DNA from: a virus
Virus record (IMG/VR): IMGVR_UViG_3300027798_003516
Span: 31,958-95,957 of that record
DNA: 64,000 nt
Reading direction: 5' to 3' (one strand)
The notes beneath the pieces are model-generated. The model saw only the letters and a list, made by a program, of their open reading frames with translations. It made no database searches and was not told where the DNA came from. Positions 48,615 to 58,256 of the stretch are shown here, one piece after another (positions within the stretch are counted from its first letter, which is position 1; each line of letters starts with the position of its first letter). The position numbers and the translations under genes were made by a program.

Positions 48615-49892
48615 TCAAATCCATCCTGCTAATTCCGGAAATGTTTCTGCAAAGTTAAGACGTCTACGCTTGTCATATTCTGCTGTGAATCGAGCAAACT
48701 GATCTCGGCGATGTGCCTGCTCAATCACATTCATTACGGTGTGTCTAGACTTCCAGAACTGATAGACCATTTCCCATGTTTCTCTTTCAATGCTGACAGT
48801 GGGATTGGTCAGCACAAAGTCATTGACAGCATCAAAGTATTGATCGCAACTGTCTGGCAAGATGCGTAGGTCAAACTGCTTGGGATCAACCAGACGACAG
48901 CAATTGAACATGATGTCGATACCGTCGGCTCGCATGTCAATGACTTTTTGCACAAAGACATTGAAGTTAAACACACTCATCAAGCCAAATGTAACCATCA
49001 CCCTAATAGGCACTCCAAATGTTGTGCTGACCTTGCGTACTGTTGCTTCCCACTTGACAATGTCAAGTCCATCACGAATGTATTCTGCTTGTGGTCCCCA
49101 TGTGTCCATGCTGGTGTAAACTTCGAGACCCTTAATAGTCTTTGCTTCAAGCAATGCTGTTGCCTTGGTAAAGAATAGATCCAAGTTCTTTTCTGGCACA
49201 CACAGGTTGGTGTTGACAACCAATGTCAGCTCAGGATTATGATTCTCTGCCACATAATCCAACAGCTTCATAAAGTTACGGGTGGCCAAGGGTTCGCCAC
49301 CAGTGATGCGTAGATAACGCAGGCCTGAATATATTTCAGGTAACCACTTCCAAAATGCATCAATGTAAGGATTATTATCCTCGGGTATCATGTCGTGCAT
49401 CTTGTCTCGATGCACAGTCGGATCTTCAATCGGATATGAACCGTACTTGCTTATTTCATGTTCCCATGTTGAGCTTTGCCCGGGACTGCAATAGCTACAG
49501 GCAAAGTTGCAGGTGTTGGCAAATGAAATTTCCAAGTGTGCTGGTCCAACAGGACGGTCTGCTGGCGCAGATAATATCTCTTGCCTGCGTTCAATGGCCC
49601 AGGTTTCATTGGTAAAACGCTTGCGGTCACTGACTGCTGTGGCATCAATGTCTTCCATGTCCCAACAATAACTGCACTCTTTGGGCCTGATGCCATTCAG
49701 CATCATTTCTCGCTGTTTGATCTTGTGCTTGCTGTTGTGCAATGCACCTGGGTTTATGTTTACATCCGCCAAGTCCCAACGATGGATTGGTGGATGGTAG
49801 CAGGAGTGATTCTCACCCATGCCAAAGTGCATGGTGACCATCAGCCACTTGGCCGCACAAAAGCTGTGTTCAATATTAATTGGTATCTGCAT
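48615..49892 (-). CDS. Radical SAM protein with N-terminal twitch domain
   Basis: FCAAKW..SCYH..CSYC; CNFACSYC; GGEP. Confidence 0.92.
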   Translation of the reverse strand: MQIPINIEHSFCAAKWLMVTMHFGMGENHSCYHPPIHRWDLADVNINPGALHNSKHKIKQREMMLNGIRPKECSYCWDMEDIDATAVSDRKRFTNETWAIERRQEILSAPADRPVGPAHLEISFANTCNFACSYCSPGQSSTWEHEISKYGSYPIEDPTVHRDKMHDMIPEDNNPYIDAFWKWLPEIYSGLRYLRITGGEPLATRNFMKLLDYVAENHNPELTLVVNTNLCVPEKNLDLFFTKATALLEAKTIKGLEVYTSMDTWGPQAEYIRDGLDIVKWEATVRKVSTTFGVPIRVMVTFGLMSVFNFNVFVQKVIDMRADGIDIMFNCCRLVDPKQFDLRILPDSCDQYFDAVNDFVLTNPTVSIERETWEMVYQFWKSRHTVMNVIEQAHRRDQFARFTAEYDKRRRLNFAETFPELAGWI

Positions 49893-51069
49893 TTATAATG
49901 TTTTCCAGTTCAGGCACATAAGTTTTATAGTTTAACTCACGACTCTTATCTAACGCTGTAACAAACTCTCTGGCTTTGACCGTCAACTCAGGAATCCAAG
50001 GCCTGTCAAGTTTGGCATACAATTCATTTCTCTTGGCATCATCAAACTTGTATTCGTACTTGGATTTCAATTGTGCTTTAAGTGCAGTTGGAACAGCCTG
50101 TAAACTTAGATAGTCTGGATACAACACATAGTTATGCGTTGTATTTTTATCAAATGAATATAGCATCCAGTCATCCAGTTTGTCTAGATTAAACACATTG
50201 AATATGCTGACAGTTTGTGTCACATGCCAGTCAACTGTGTGAATTGCGTCCAATTTCTTGATGCTGTTGACTGTGTCAACCCATACACTGGGCCAACGAA
50301 TATAATAATTTCTAGCACCATAGTCGTCAACACTACAGTTGACAGTGACTCGTTTAAAGTGTTTCCATAAGTCAGCCAGCCTGTCTGGAATATCCATCAT
50401 GTTAAGACTGTACACCAGGTGTACCTGTTGTGCTTGCCCTGAGGCTATCAGCTTTTCAAGGTAACCAAAGTGTGCTTTGATCAGCGTTGGCTCGCCACCG
50501 TTGATGTATATCTCTTCCACATCATTGCTCAATACAGCCAGCTCTTGGTAAAACTCTGGACGGTCGTGCCACTTGAAGTTTTCCATTGGTCGCAATGTAA
50601 ACCAAGGCAAGTCCTTGGCAATCTTAACTTCATCTCCGTACCACTTGCTACTGCTAAAACTGTTACAGGTTACGCAGGCATTGTTGCATACATTGCCAAG
50701 TCTTAGCTCAACATAACGATAGTTTGGTTTGGTCAATACCGCTGTTTGTTCCAGCTCTGGTACAATGTGTGCCCAGCGTTCATTTTCGTACATGCGCTTG
50801 CTGACCAGCCCTGCGGCTTCATCCTGCCAGCAACCTTCGCATTCAACGGGTTCCTTGCCATCAATCATATCTTGTCGTACACGAACAAAGTTGTCACTGT
50901 TGGCAATGGTCAAGATGTTGGTATTATCAAAGGTCTGCAATTCTGTTGTGCGCGGCTTCATTGCCCAACTGACTGCATCAGTATGATTGCTACGACAGCA
51001 TAGACTGACTCCGCCATTGGGATGGCTGGCCAGGTGCATCCAAGGCAGTACGCATCTTGTGTCTTTCAT
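49876..51069 (-). CDS. Radical SAM protein with N-terminal twitch domain
   Basis: CVLPW..LCC..CEGC; CNNACVTC; GGEP. Confidence 0.92.
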   Translation of the reverse strand: MKDTRCVLPWMHLASHPNGGVSLCCRSNHTDAVSWAMKPRTTELQTFDNTNILTIANSDNFVRVRQDMIDGKEPVECEGCWQDEAAGLVSKRMYENERWAHIVPELEQTAVLTKPNYRYVELRLGNVCNNACVTCNSFSSSKWYGDEVKIAKDLPWFTLRPMENFKWHDRPEFYQELAVLSNDVEEIYINGGEPTLIKAHFGYLEKLIASGQAQQVHLVYSLNMMDIPDRLADLWKHFKRVTVNCSVDDYGARNYYIRWPSVWVDTVNSIKKLDAIHTVDWHVTQTVSIFNVFNLDKLDDWMLYSFDKNTTHNYVLYPDYLSLQAVPTALKAQLKSKYEYKFDDAKRNELYAKLDRPWIPELTVKAREFVTALDKSRELNYKTYVPELENIINADTN

Positions 51070-52451
51070 AGACTGTTCCACCATGCCAGCAGTTCTGGAT
51101 CTGCAGAATAGATTGTGGCCATAGTTGTTTTGTCTTTGCGGATTGTTTCCAACCGCTTGACCCAATTCATTCCGTTGCGGGCCGCAGACTTGTAAGTTTC
51201 TGGAAAGGCTTCTTCATGTGTTTGTCTGGTATCACGCATGGACTCAAGTGCGCTGATCACACTCCATTGTTTTGGTCCTGCCAAGGGTCGCATGTAAGCA
51301 ACAAGTTCCTCAATGTGTCGATTTAAAATATGTCTGGGCCACGACATTGGTGTCCACATGATGTCTGCATGGAACGCAAATGTAATCTTTGTGATGATTT
51401 CAACATCTAATTCCAAGCTTAGTTCAAATAGATCTTTGAGTGCAAACATGCCTGGTGCTGTGATTGTCAAGTCCAACTTCATGCGCTCTCGGCCGCCGGG
51501 TAAGCTTACACCTTCTTTAAAGTTGGCCAGCCATTCGTTCCACTTGATGCCTGTACGAATGTATTCTACAATTTCACCTGTGCCATCTATGCTGGCACAC
51601 ATCATCCAGTCTTTGAATTGCGGCAGATAATCAAACAGATTCTTTTTTCCAAATACCACACGACTTAGATTGCTGTTGTAGCGCATGTAACAATCTTTTG
51701 CACTGCCATTACGAAGCATTTCTTCTAAGGTCCACCAATGTATATCATACATCAATGGCTCACCGCCTACCCAATACATTTCTTCAATGATGCCACGCTG
51801 TACTGCATCTCTGAATTCGGGCTCTACCACACGAGCTTGGAAGTCTTGCATGGCAGACTTTATTTCAGGAACCATGAAGGGTTGGTCTTTGGGTGTCCAA
51901 AGGTCATGTTGTTTCTTTTCAACTTCCCAACTACTGCTCAATTGTTCTCCACACATGCGGCATTTGAAATTACATAGGTTACTGAACCTATAGTCAAAGC
52001 TGACAGGTTCCATTGTGGTATGGCCTGTTTCATCTGTTGCATCAAACGCCGCTTGAATTTGTTCGCGGAATAGATTACCTGTAAACCAACCCTTGTAACT
52101 GCCTTCCATTAGTAAATTATGATTGCACACATCACATTGTGGAATTTCTTCACCAGCCATCAGCTTGACACGAATATCTTTCATGTAGTCGCTGTTCCAG
52201 TGTTCTTTTAAACTGACTGGCTGATAATCTGACAATGATGTCTTGCTTTCAGTCACTGCTCCGTAGGCCTTGTCATTGCTACTGTCAATGTATTGCTTCT
52301 GGAAGCTGTGCTCTTCTCTACTGGCACAACATAGTCTACGCTCACTTTGCGGACTGATGTAAGTATGGCGCCATGGAGCCATACAGAAGTAAGGATTGGG
52401 ATTATCCTTGGCTGGCTTACCTGGTTCCCAAATTGGTATTACTCGTTTCAT
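51066..52451 (-). CDS. Radical SAM protein with N-terminal twitch domain
   Basis: FCMAPW..LCC..CDVC; CNFKCRMC; GGEP. Confidence 0.92.
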   Translation of the reverse strand: MKRVIPIWEPGKPAKDNPNPYFCMAPWRHTYISPQSERRLCCASREEHSFQKQYIDSSNDKAYGAVTESKTSLSDYQPVSLKEHWNSDYMKDIRVKLMAGEEIPQCDVCNHNLLMEGSYKGWFTGNLFREQIQAAFDATDETGHTTMEPVSFDYRFSNLCNFKCRMCGEQLSSSWEVEKKQHDLWTPKDQPFMVPEIKSAMQDFQARVVEPEFRDAVQRGIIEEMYWVGGEPLMYDIHWWTLEEMLRNGSAKDCYMRYNSNLSRVVFGKKNLFDYLPQFKDWMMCASIDGTGEIVEYIRTGIKWNEWLANFKEGVSLPGGRERMKLDLTITAPGMFALKDLFELSLELDVEIITKITFAFHADIMWTPMSWPRHILNRHIEELVAYMRPLAGPKQWSVISALESMRDTRQTHEEAFPETYKSAARNGMNWVKRLETIRKDKTTMATIYSADPELLAWWNSL

Positions 52452-53986
52452 TGTAAGTCCGGGTTGAAAAATTCTTCTTTGCTTGGATCTTCGGGCGGAT
52501 GGTCTGGAATATGTCCAGTTTCATCGCTGTATGTTCCACTTAGGATTTCTTCTCTCGAAGGTGTTGGTGTATCAATGCTGTCATACCAGTCCACAAACTC
52601 TTGCGGAAATGTTGCGCGGAAATCCTTGCCTCTACGCACATCATATTGTGTGTAGAAGTTTTTAAAGTCCAAGTGCTGTTGGCCCATGTCCTTGACATTC
52701 TTGTGCGGCGTCTTAATGACATCAAGATAGTCAATCAGCCGTTGTGTTTGTTCACGCTCAATTGGAGTCATAATAGGCCAACCATGTGGTCCTGTGCCCA
52801 TTTGTACTCTTTCATCCTGTGCAATTATATTATCCAACCATGCTTGTAGTTTGTCGCGATACTTTTGTCTAATGCTGGTTGGCAACATGGCGCAACTTTG
52901 GAAGCTGGGAAAACGCAGAATATTCAAACTCATTGTGGGATATACAGTCTTATGCTCACGCTTGAATTGCAATATTTCATCCATAAATTCTGTGATACTG
53001 GCAAGACATAGACTATTGATGGTCATCATCATGTGTGTCTTTTTAATATTGCCTTCAGTGTGCAAGCGATGCAAATTATCTTTCCACTTGCTGTATACCA
53101 TACCATCACGAATGTATTCGCTGTGTGCGCCCACACTTTCATTGCTGGTATAAACTTCAAGATGCGGAACAAACTTGCTCAGTTCAATGAACTTGTCCAT
53201 CAAGTCATCCTTGGGCACCAGGTTACTGTTGATGGCATAACGCAATACACCGCCATCGGCGCGGTTGGTTGCTCGCTCTTGATTGTCTTTGAACCATTGC
53301 ATCAGTTTCCAAACACCCGGTGCCATCAAGGGTTCGCCACCAGTGATGCGAATCTCTTCTAAGTTGTCAGCAAGCCCTTCGTCCCACCATCGCCAGAACG
53401 CTTTGATGTAAGGATTACTTTCGTCTGCAATTGGAATGGCATGGTCAGCCGCATTGATAAAGTGACTACGAGCATCTCCATCAATGTTACGATACGGGCC
53501 AAACTTCTTGATGTCTTTGACCCAACTGGTGCTGAAGCTGGGGTTGCAATAACTGCAAGAAAAGTTACAGGTACGGTCAAACGAAATTTCCAATGTCTTT
53601 AACATTGTATCGTGTTGCCAATGCGTGGTGGCGGCCGCAATGATGTCTTTGTCCGTGAATACCGCAGTTTTGTACACACGATCACTGATGCTGTTACGGC
53701 CCAAGTCCTCAATCTTCCAGCAGTATTCACATTCCTGTGGGCGAGTACCCTCTTGCATCATCTTACGCATCAGCTTCTTATGCGGTGTGTTGTGAATGGC
53801 GCTGGGATTTTCTTCGAGTTCGGCCGCATTGATTTGATGCCCCAGTGGATGGTGGCAACTGGTTGTTTGTCCATTGCCCAACCAAATTGTGGCATTAAGC
53901 CATTTGGCCGCACAGAAGCTGTCGCTAGTGCTGTCAACCATCCGAATTTTGTATTCGGCAAAGGATTCATCATGTTTTTTTGGCAT
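52448..53986 (-). CDS. Radical SAM protein with N-terminal twitch domain
   Basis: FCAAKW..SCHH..CEYC; CNFSCSYC; GGEP. Confidence 0.92.
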   Translation of the reverse strand: MPKKHDESFAEYKIRMVDSTSDSFCAAKWLNATIWLGNGQTTSCHHPLGHQINAAELEENPSAIHNTPHKKLMRKMMQEGTRPQECEYCWKIEDLGRNSISDRVYKTAVFTDKDIIAAATTHWQHDTMLKTLEISFDRTCNFSCSYCNPSFSTSWVKDIKKFGPYRNIDGDARSHFINAADHAIPIADESNPYIKAFWRWWDEGLADNLEEIRITGGEPLMAPGVWKLMQWFKDNQERATNRADGGVLRYAINSNLVPKDDLMDKFIELSKFVPHLEVYTSNESVGAHSEYIRDGMVYSKWKDNLHRLHTEGNIKKTHMMMTINSLCLASITEFMDEILQFKREHKTVYPTMSLNILRFPSFQSCAMLPTSIRQKYRDKLQAWLDNIIAQDERVQMGTGPHGWPIMTPIEREQTQRLIDYLDVIKTPHKNVKDMGQQHLDFKNFYTQYDVRRGKDFRATFPQEFVDWYDSIDTPTPSREEILSGTYSDETGHIPDHPPEDPSKEEFFNPDLQ

Positions 53987-55628
53987 CGTCTATTCTCATT
54001 TGTAGTAACTTACATTCATTGTAGTAGGAGTTCATCTCTGGAAAAACTTCTAAGAAGGTGGTGTCTCTGCGTCTATCATACTCATTTATGTATTGATAAA
54101 ATTGTAGTCTATTTGTTTGAACAACAGCAGGATCTTTGCCTTCTTTAATTATAGCAAGATTTCTTTCAAGTTTCAAGATCTCATGTGGCTTAAAACCTTC
54201 AAATGTTTCTCTGTAATCTTCTCGCTGTGCATTGCTACGCATGAACTCCAAGCAATCTTCTATGGTTCTAATTAGCACTGGAGTGGCATTTTGTGGATCA
54301 AACCAATTGGGATATTTTAGCAACGGTATGTCTAAAAATATTCTTTGAAATTTCTTTTGGAAATACTTGGTGTGTTCAATGCCATGTTCTTTTTCGTGGT
54401 CGGTTGGTTCAGGAGCAATTTCAAATTCAGTTTGATTCTTTCCGCCAAATTCTACTCGTAAATCTAATACCATTTGCAACCAGCTTTTTAAACTTGGAAT
54501 TGATAGGATATTAAAGGTGTTGATAAAACTTACGGTGGTGTATCTTGTTTCAGTTAGGAACTTTCTAGTATTAGACATCAACCTTTCATAATCTAGCCCA
54601 GTACGCATATACTCTGCTTGCTGACCTACACCATCTAGACTAATATATAACCAGAAGTGTTTAAAGCCTTTGTCTACATACCAATAGTTGTTGCTGAATT
54701 TGTTGAAGTTTTCAGTGTCTTCATAAGTGCGTATGACTTCGATGGCCTGCACCTTGCTGATAAATTTGTCAAATAACTTTTGATCCGGAGGACACATGTT
54801 GCTGGTAATGCTTAGTTCCAATTGTCCATGTGGATTCTCATTCACATAATCCAGCACCTTAAAGGTGTTCTTATCCATCAAGGGTTCACCGCCAGTCATA
54901 CGAAATACTCGTAGTGTACGATAAATCTCTGGCCACCATTTCCAGAATGCTGTCACATAAGGATTGTCCTTGACAGCAACTTCTAGCGGCATGTATCCTG
55001 AAACTTTTAAATTGCGTAGATTGTTATGATCAACTTTGGTCGAGCCTGGCAAGTCAAAGTTATAAGGTCCATGTTCTTTGATTTCTTCTTCCCATGCTGT
55101 GCTGATGTGAGGACTACAGTACATGCATTTAAAATTACAAGCTTGATTGAAGTTTACTTCAACATATCTTGGAACAATGTTAAAATCAACATCCTTTAGC
55201 ACCACATCGCGAAAGTCAGGTGCGGCCCACGCTTCGCTGGACTTGTAATGTCTATCACTAAGATGTCCTTGCGGGCCGCCACCAGGTGCGTCTTCTACCC
55301 GCCAGCAGTAACTACAACCTTCTGGCCGTTTGCCAGTTAACATTAGTTCTCGTTCTTGTTTTTTGAACTTGGTGTTATGTAATGCGCTGTGATTTTCTTT
55401 GAGCTCTAGAAGAGGAATTGCATGCGGTGGCGGATGATAACAACTCTGTGTGGTACCATTGGCCAGATTAATACTGACTTGTAACCATTTGGCCAGACAC
55501 ATGGTTGGACTAATTTTGTCCAGGTGGTCTCGCATGTTTTCTGCCTTTTGAAAATACTCAGTGTAACCAAAGTTTTTTCTCTTGGGTGGCTCTTTTACCT
55601 GCTTGGAAATTTTGTCAAAGAAATTCAT
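53970..55628 (-). CDS. Radical SAM protein with N-terminal twitch domain
   Basis: CLAKW..SCYH..CSYC; CNFKCMYC; GGEP. Confidence 0.92.
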   Translation of the reverse strand: MNFFDKISKQVKEPPKRKNFGYTEYFQKAENMRDHLDKISPTMCLAKWLQVSINLANGTTQSCYHPPPHAIPLLELKENHSALHNTKFKKQERELMLTGKRPEGCSYCWRVEDAPGGGPQGHLSDRHYKSSEAWAAPDFRDVVLKDVDFNIVPRYVEVNFNQACNFKCMYCSPHISTAWEEEIKEHGPYNFDLPGSTKVDHNNLRNLKVSGYMPLEVAVKDNPYVTAFWKWWPEIYRTLRVFRMTGGEPLMDKNTFKVLDYVNENPHGQLELSITSNMCPPDQKLFDKFISKVQAIEVIRTYEDTENFNKFSNNYWYVDKGFKHFWLYISLDGVGQQAEYMRTGLDYERLMSNTRKFLTETRYTTVSFINTFNILSIPSLKSWLQMVLDLRVEFGGKNQTEFEIAPEPTDHEKEHGIEHTKYFQKKFQRIFLDIPLLKYPNWFDPQNATPVLIRTIEDCLEFMRSNAQREDYRETFEGFKPHEILKLERNLAIIKEGKDPAVVQTNRLQFYQYINEYDRRRDTTFLEVFPEMNSYYNECKLLQMRIDDAKKT

Positions 55629-55634
55629 TAACAG

Positions 55635-55642
55635 TACTTATA
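55635..55642 (-). promoter_or_regulatory. Late-promoter-like octamer heading the radical SAM operon
   Basis: TATAAGTA 6 nt before the ATG at 55628, just downstream of a terminator. Confidence 0.55.
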
Positions 55643-55671
55643 AAAAACAAAAGGCCACTAAAGGCCTTTTG
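55643..55671 (-). terminator. Intrinsic terminator insulating the radical SAM operon
   Basis: caaaaggcc-N6-ggccttttg plus a U-tract. Confidence 0.75.
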
Positions 55672-55686
55672 AATTGATGTAACCAA

Positions 55687-56046
55687 TTATACGGATCTTA
55701 CAAATATTGCAACAATGATTAGATATGTGGCACTATGGGCCAGTTGATCAAGACCAAACTCGGCCCAGTATCGCGAAGTGGCATTGTCTTTGTTGCCGTA
55801 CTTCATTTTTGCCCAATCAATATGATAATGAAATACAAAATCAATGATTGCTAAAAACAATGCAAACACCATGCCCGATACTGCAAATACTGCAAAGGTG
55901 CCAAGTCCGTGGTACACAGAATGTAAGACTCCGTACTTGGCTCCATAGGTGCCTTTGTCTCTCATCATTGGTTGTGTTTGCCAAACAAAATCACATAACC
56001 AATGCTTGATGAAAAGCATTAGTAATGCGGCCTCAAATAGTAACAT
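55687..56046 (-). CDS. DUF3307-family membrane protein
   Basis: H..CDF..Q, LHS.YH, HYHID..K, DQLAH. Confidence 0.8.
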   Translation of the reverse strand: MLLFEAALLMLFIKHWLCDFVWQTQPMMRDKGTYGAKYGVLHSVYHGLGTFAVFAVSGMVFALFLAIIDFVFHYHIDWAKMKYGNKDNATSRYWAEFGLDQLAHSATYLIIVAIFVRSV

Positions 56047-56204
56047 GTCAATTCTTCTCTCTGAGATCCACTATTAACACTTTGTCATAGTGACCTTCTT
56101 CTGACTCTATAATTGCGTCAGCTTCAAACTCATTGTCACACAATTCGGTCCTGGCTATCTTCATAGATCCATCAACCGTTTCTTTATAAAATTGTATTTC
56201 AACT

Positions 56205-56441
56205 TTAGGACTCATCATTATTCTCAATGTCATTGAGCCAGGCATCAACCCGCTCTTCGGCCTCTTGTTGTGTTAGGGCCGGCACATCAAACTCCATCGG
56301 ATAGCCTACAACATGACGGATATTAAACGGAACATGTCCTGCGGAAAACGGAAAACCTTTAAGGGCACGGAAAACGGTAAACTGTTGCAAGTTCTTGGCT
56401 CTCATAATTAAATTTTCAGAGATTGATTTAGCAGTTTCCAT
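56205..56441 (-). CDS. Hypothetical protein
   Basis: SD AGGA; gene run. Confidence 0.55.
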   Translation of the reverse strand: METAKSISENLIMRAKNLQQFTVFRALKGFPFSAGHVPFNIRHVVGYPMEFDVPALTQQEAEERVDAWLNDIENNDES

Positions 56442-56449
56442 AATATTCC

Positions 56450-56650
56450 TTATGCCATCTTGTCTACATTTTGTCCTGGCCGATTCATCCGTTGATTCAG
56501 TTCAATCCGCTTGCGTTCATTCTCTGCTTGGTTTTCTTTGACCCGCTGAGCTTCTAGCCTGAGCTCTTCATGCCGTTGATCTGCTTTTTTAAGTTGCATT
56601 TGATCATAGATTCTGCTGGCGTCTTGCGCGGCTCGGTTGACTGCATCCAT
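56450..56650 (-). CDS. Hypothetical coiled-coil protein
   Basis: Gene run. Confidence 0.55.
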   Translation of the reverse strand: MDAVNRAAQDASRIYDQMQLKKADQRHEELRLEAQRVKENQAENERKRIELNQRMNRPGQNVDKMA

Positions 56651-56651
56651 G

Positions 56652-57188
56652 TTATTCTCCTTGTAGGTATTTCATAACATTTTCAGGACTAGATACTCCG
56701 TATGGGTCTGCATCATCTTTGGATGATTCTGGTTCTTTAAACATCCGTTCTACCTTACCACTACTTATAATAGCCGCATAGCGGTGACTGCGTGAACCAA
56801 ACCCAATGTCACTCATGTCAACCAACATATCCATCAGTCTGGTAAATTTGCCGGCGCCATCTGGAATAACTTTTACATTTTTAATGTCAAGGCTACGAGC
56901 CCACTCGTTCATAACAAAGGCATCGTTGACACTGACACAATAAATCTCATCAATGCCTTGAGCTTTAAAGTCGTTGTATTGTTCTTCAAAGCCCGGTAAC
57001 TGATAGGTTGAACAAGTGGGTGTAAATGCACCAGGAAGACTAAAAATGATTACTCGGTTATCGCCAAACAACTCATTGGCTGTTTTGAAAACAAACTCTC
57101 CACCAATTGGGCAACCACCACCTTCGGGTGCCTCGTCGCCTTCGCGAAATGCAAAGGTCACATTGGGTATAAATTTTGTATTTTCCAT
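56652..57188 (-). CDS. Peroxiredoxin (Prx5/Redoxin family)
   Basis: LPGAFTPTCS, SVNDAFVM..W, DG.G.FT, RS.RY. Confidence 0.93.
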   Translation of the reverse strand: MENTKFIPNVTFAFREGDEAPEGGGCPIGGEFVFKTANELFGDNRVIIFSLPGAFTPTCSTYQLPGFEEQYNDFKAQGIDEIYCVSVNDAFVMNEWARSLDIKNVKVIPDGAGKFTRLMDMLVDMSDIGFGSRSHRYAAIISSGKVERMFKEPESSKDDADPYGVSSPENVMKYLQGE

Positions 57189-57189
57189 A

Positions 57190-57888
57190 TTACTCTTTCT
57201 TATCTCCAAACAATTGCAACAGATTAATGAAGATGTTGATGAAGTCCATGTACAAAGTTAATGCACCCTTTACTTCTTCATTGCCTTCATGAATCACACT
57301 GACAGCTTCTCGAATTCTTTGTGTGTCGTATGCAGTCAACCCCAAGAACACAATGATTGCTAATGCGCTGATCACCATCTGCATCACTGTACTGCCGATG
57401 AAGATATTGACTACGCTGGCAATGATGATGGCAATCAAGCCAATAAACATAAACTGGCCCATGCTCTCAAGACTTCGCTTGGTAAAGTATCCGTACAGAC
57501 TCATTGAACCAAACAGTACTGCGGCACCCATGAATGCTGTTACAATGGATCCCAGTGAATATATTGCAAAAATAAATCCAAAGCTCAGTCCCATCAGTGC
57601 GGCAAAACCATGTAACAGTAGTTGTGCGCTAGACTTAGATACTTTATCGATGAAATATCCAATTGCAAAGATTGCCGCAATAGGTGCCAGCAGTACAATC
57701 CACTTCATTACTCCAGTGAATAGGAATGCCATCAGTGCTGGACTTGAGCTAATTAAATAGCTGACCAACATGGAGTTGACTACTGCCAAGGCCATATAGT
57801 TGTAGACTCGAATCATTGAGTCATTGATTTCCTCGGCACTACGATAGGTAATATAACCTGTATCATTTATAACATCATTATTAAACAT
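57190..57888 (-). CDS. Bax inhibitor-1/YccA membrane protein
   Basis: Seven TM segments, YGYFTKR.L, TAYDTQRI, ALTLYMDFINIF. Confidence 0.9.
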   Translation of the reverse strand: MFNNDVINDTGYITYRSAEEINDSMIRVYNYMALAVVNSMLVSYLISSSPALMAFLFTGVMKWIVLLAPIAAIFAIGYFIDKVSKSSAQLLLHGFAALMGLSFGFIFAIYSLGSIVTAFMGAAVLFGSMSLYGYFTKRSLESMGQFMFIGLIAIIIASVVNIFIGSTVMQMVISALAIIVFLGLTAYDTQRIREAVSVIHEGNEEVKGALTLYMDFINIFINLLQLFGDKKE

Positions 57889-58255
57889 TTGTATTCTCCT
57901 TATTTTCAATTTGAGTGATCAGCGTTTTCCTCTGATCACTGGTCCAGTTTTTTAGATAATCGTTATCTTCTTCATGCAATCGATTGAATTCAGCTTCGTC
58001 AATTACACGATGTGACACAATTGTTTCCCCAAGATGCTCTTGTGAAAATTCAACGGTTTCATTCATAGTAACTGTATCCAAGGCCCATTCTTTTTTGCCA
58101 TGCGGTACTTCAACAACATAGCGTTCACGGAATGTAGAGATACATTCTACCAATACCAATTCTGTTTTCATATCTTCTTCTTCTTCTGCTGGGTGGTGCG
58201 GGAACGGCCAAGTGTCTTGGTCGGTAACTTCTACCAGTTTCTTCTCTGTAGCCAT
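57881..58255 (-). CDS. Hypothetical phage protein
   Basis: EFSQEHLGETI. Confidence 0.65.
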   Translation of the reverse strand: MATEKKLVEVTDQDTWPFPHHPAEEEEDMKTELVLVECISTFRERYVVEVPHGKKEWALDTVTMNETVEFSQEHLGETIVSHRVIDEAEFNRLHEEDNDYLKNWTSDQRKTLITQIENKENTNV

Positions 58256-58256
58256 T

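Noticed and set aside
38388-56650. A classical RiPP precursor peptide for the rSAM array
   Set aside because: No short ORF with a leader/core pattern, no RRE/PqqD domain and no transporter was seen next to the array. The substrate remains unidentified.
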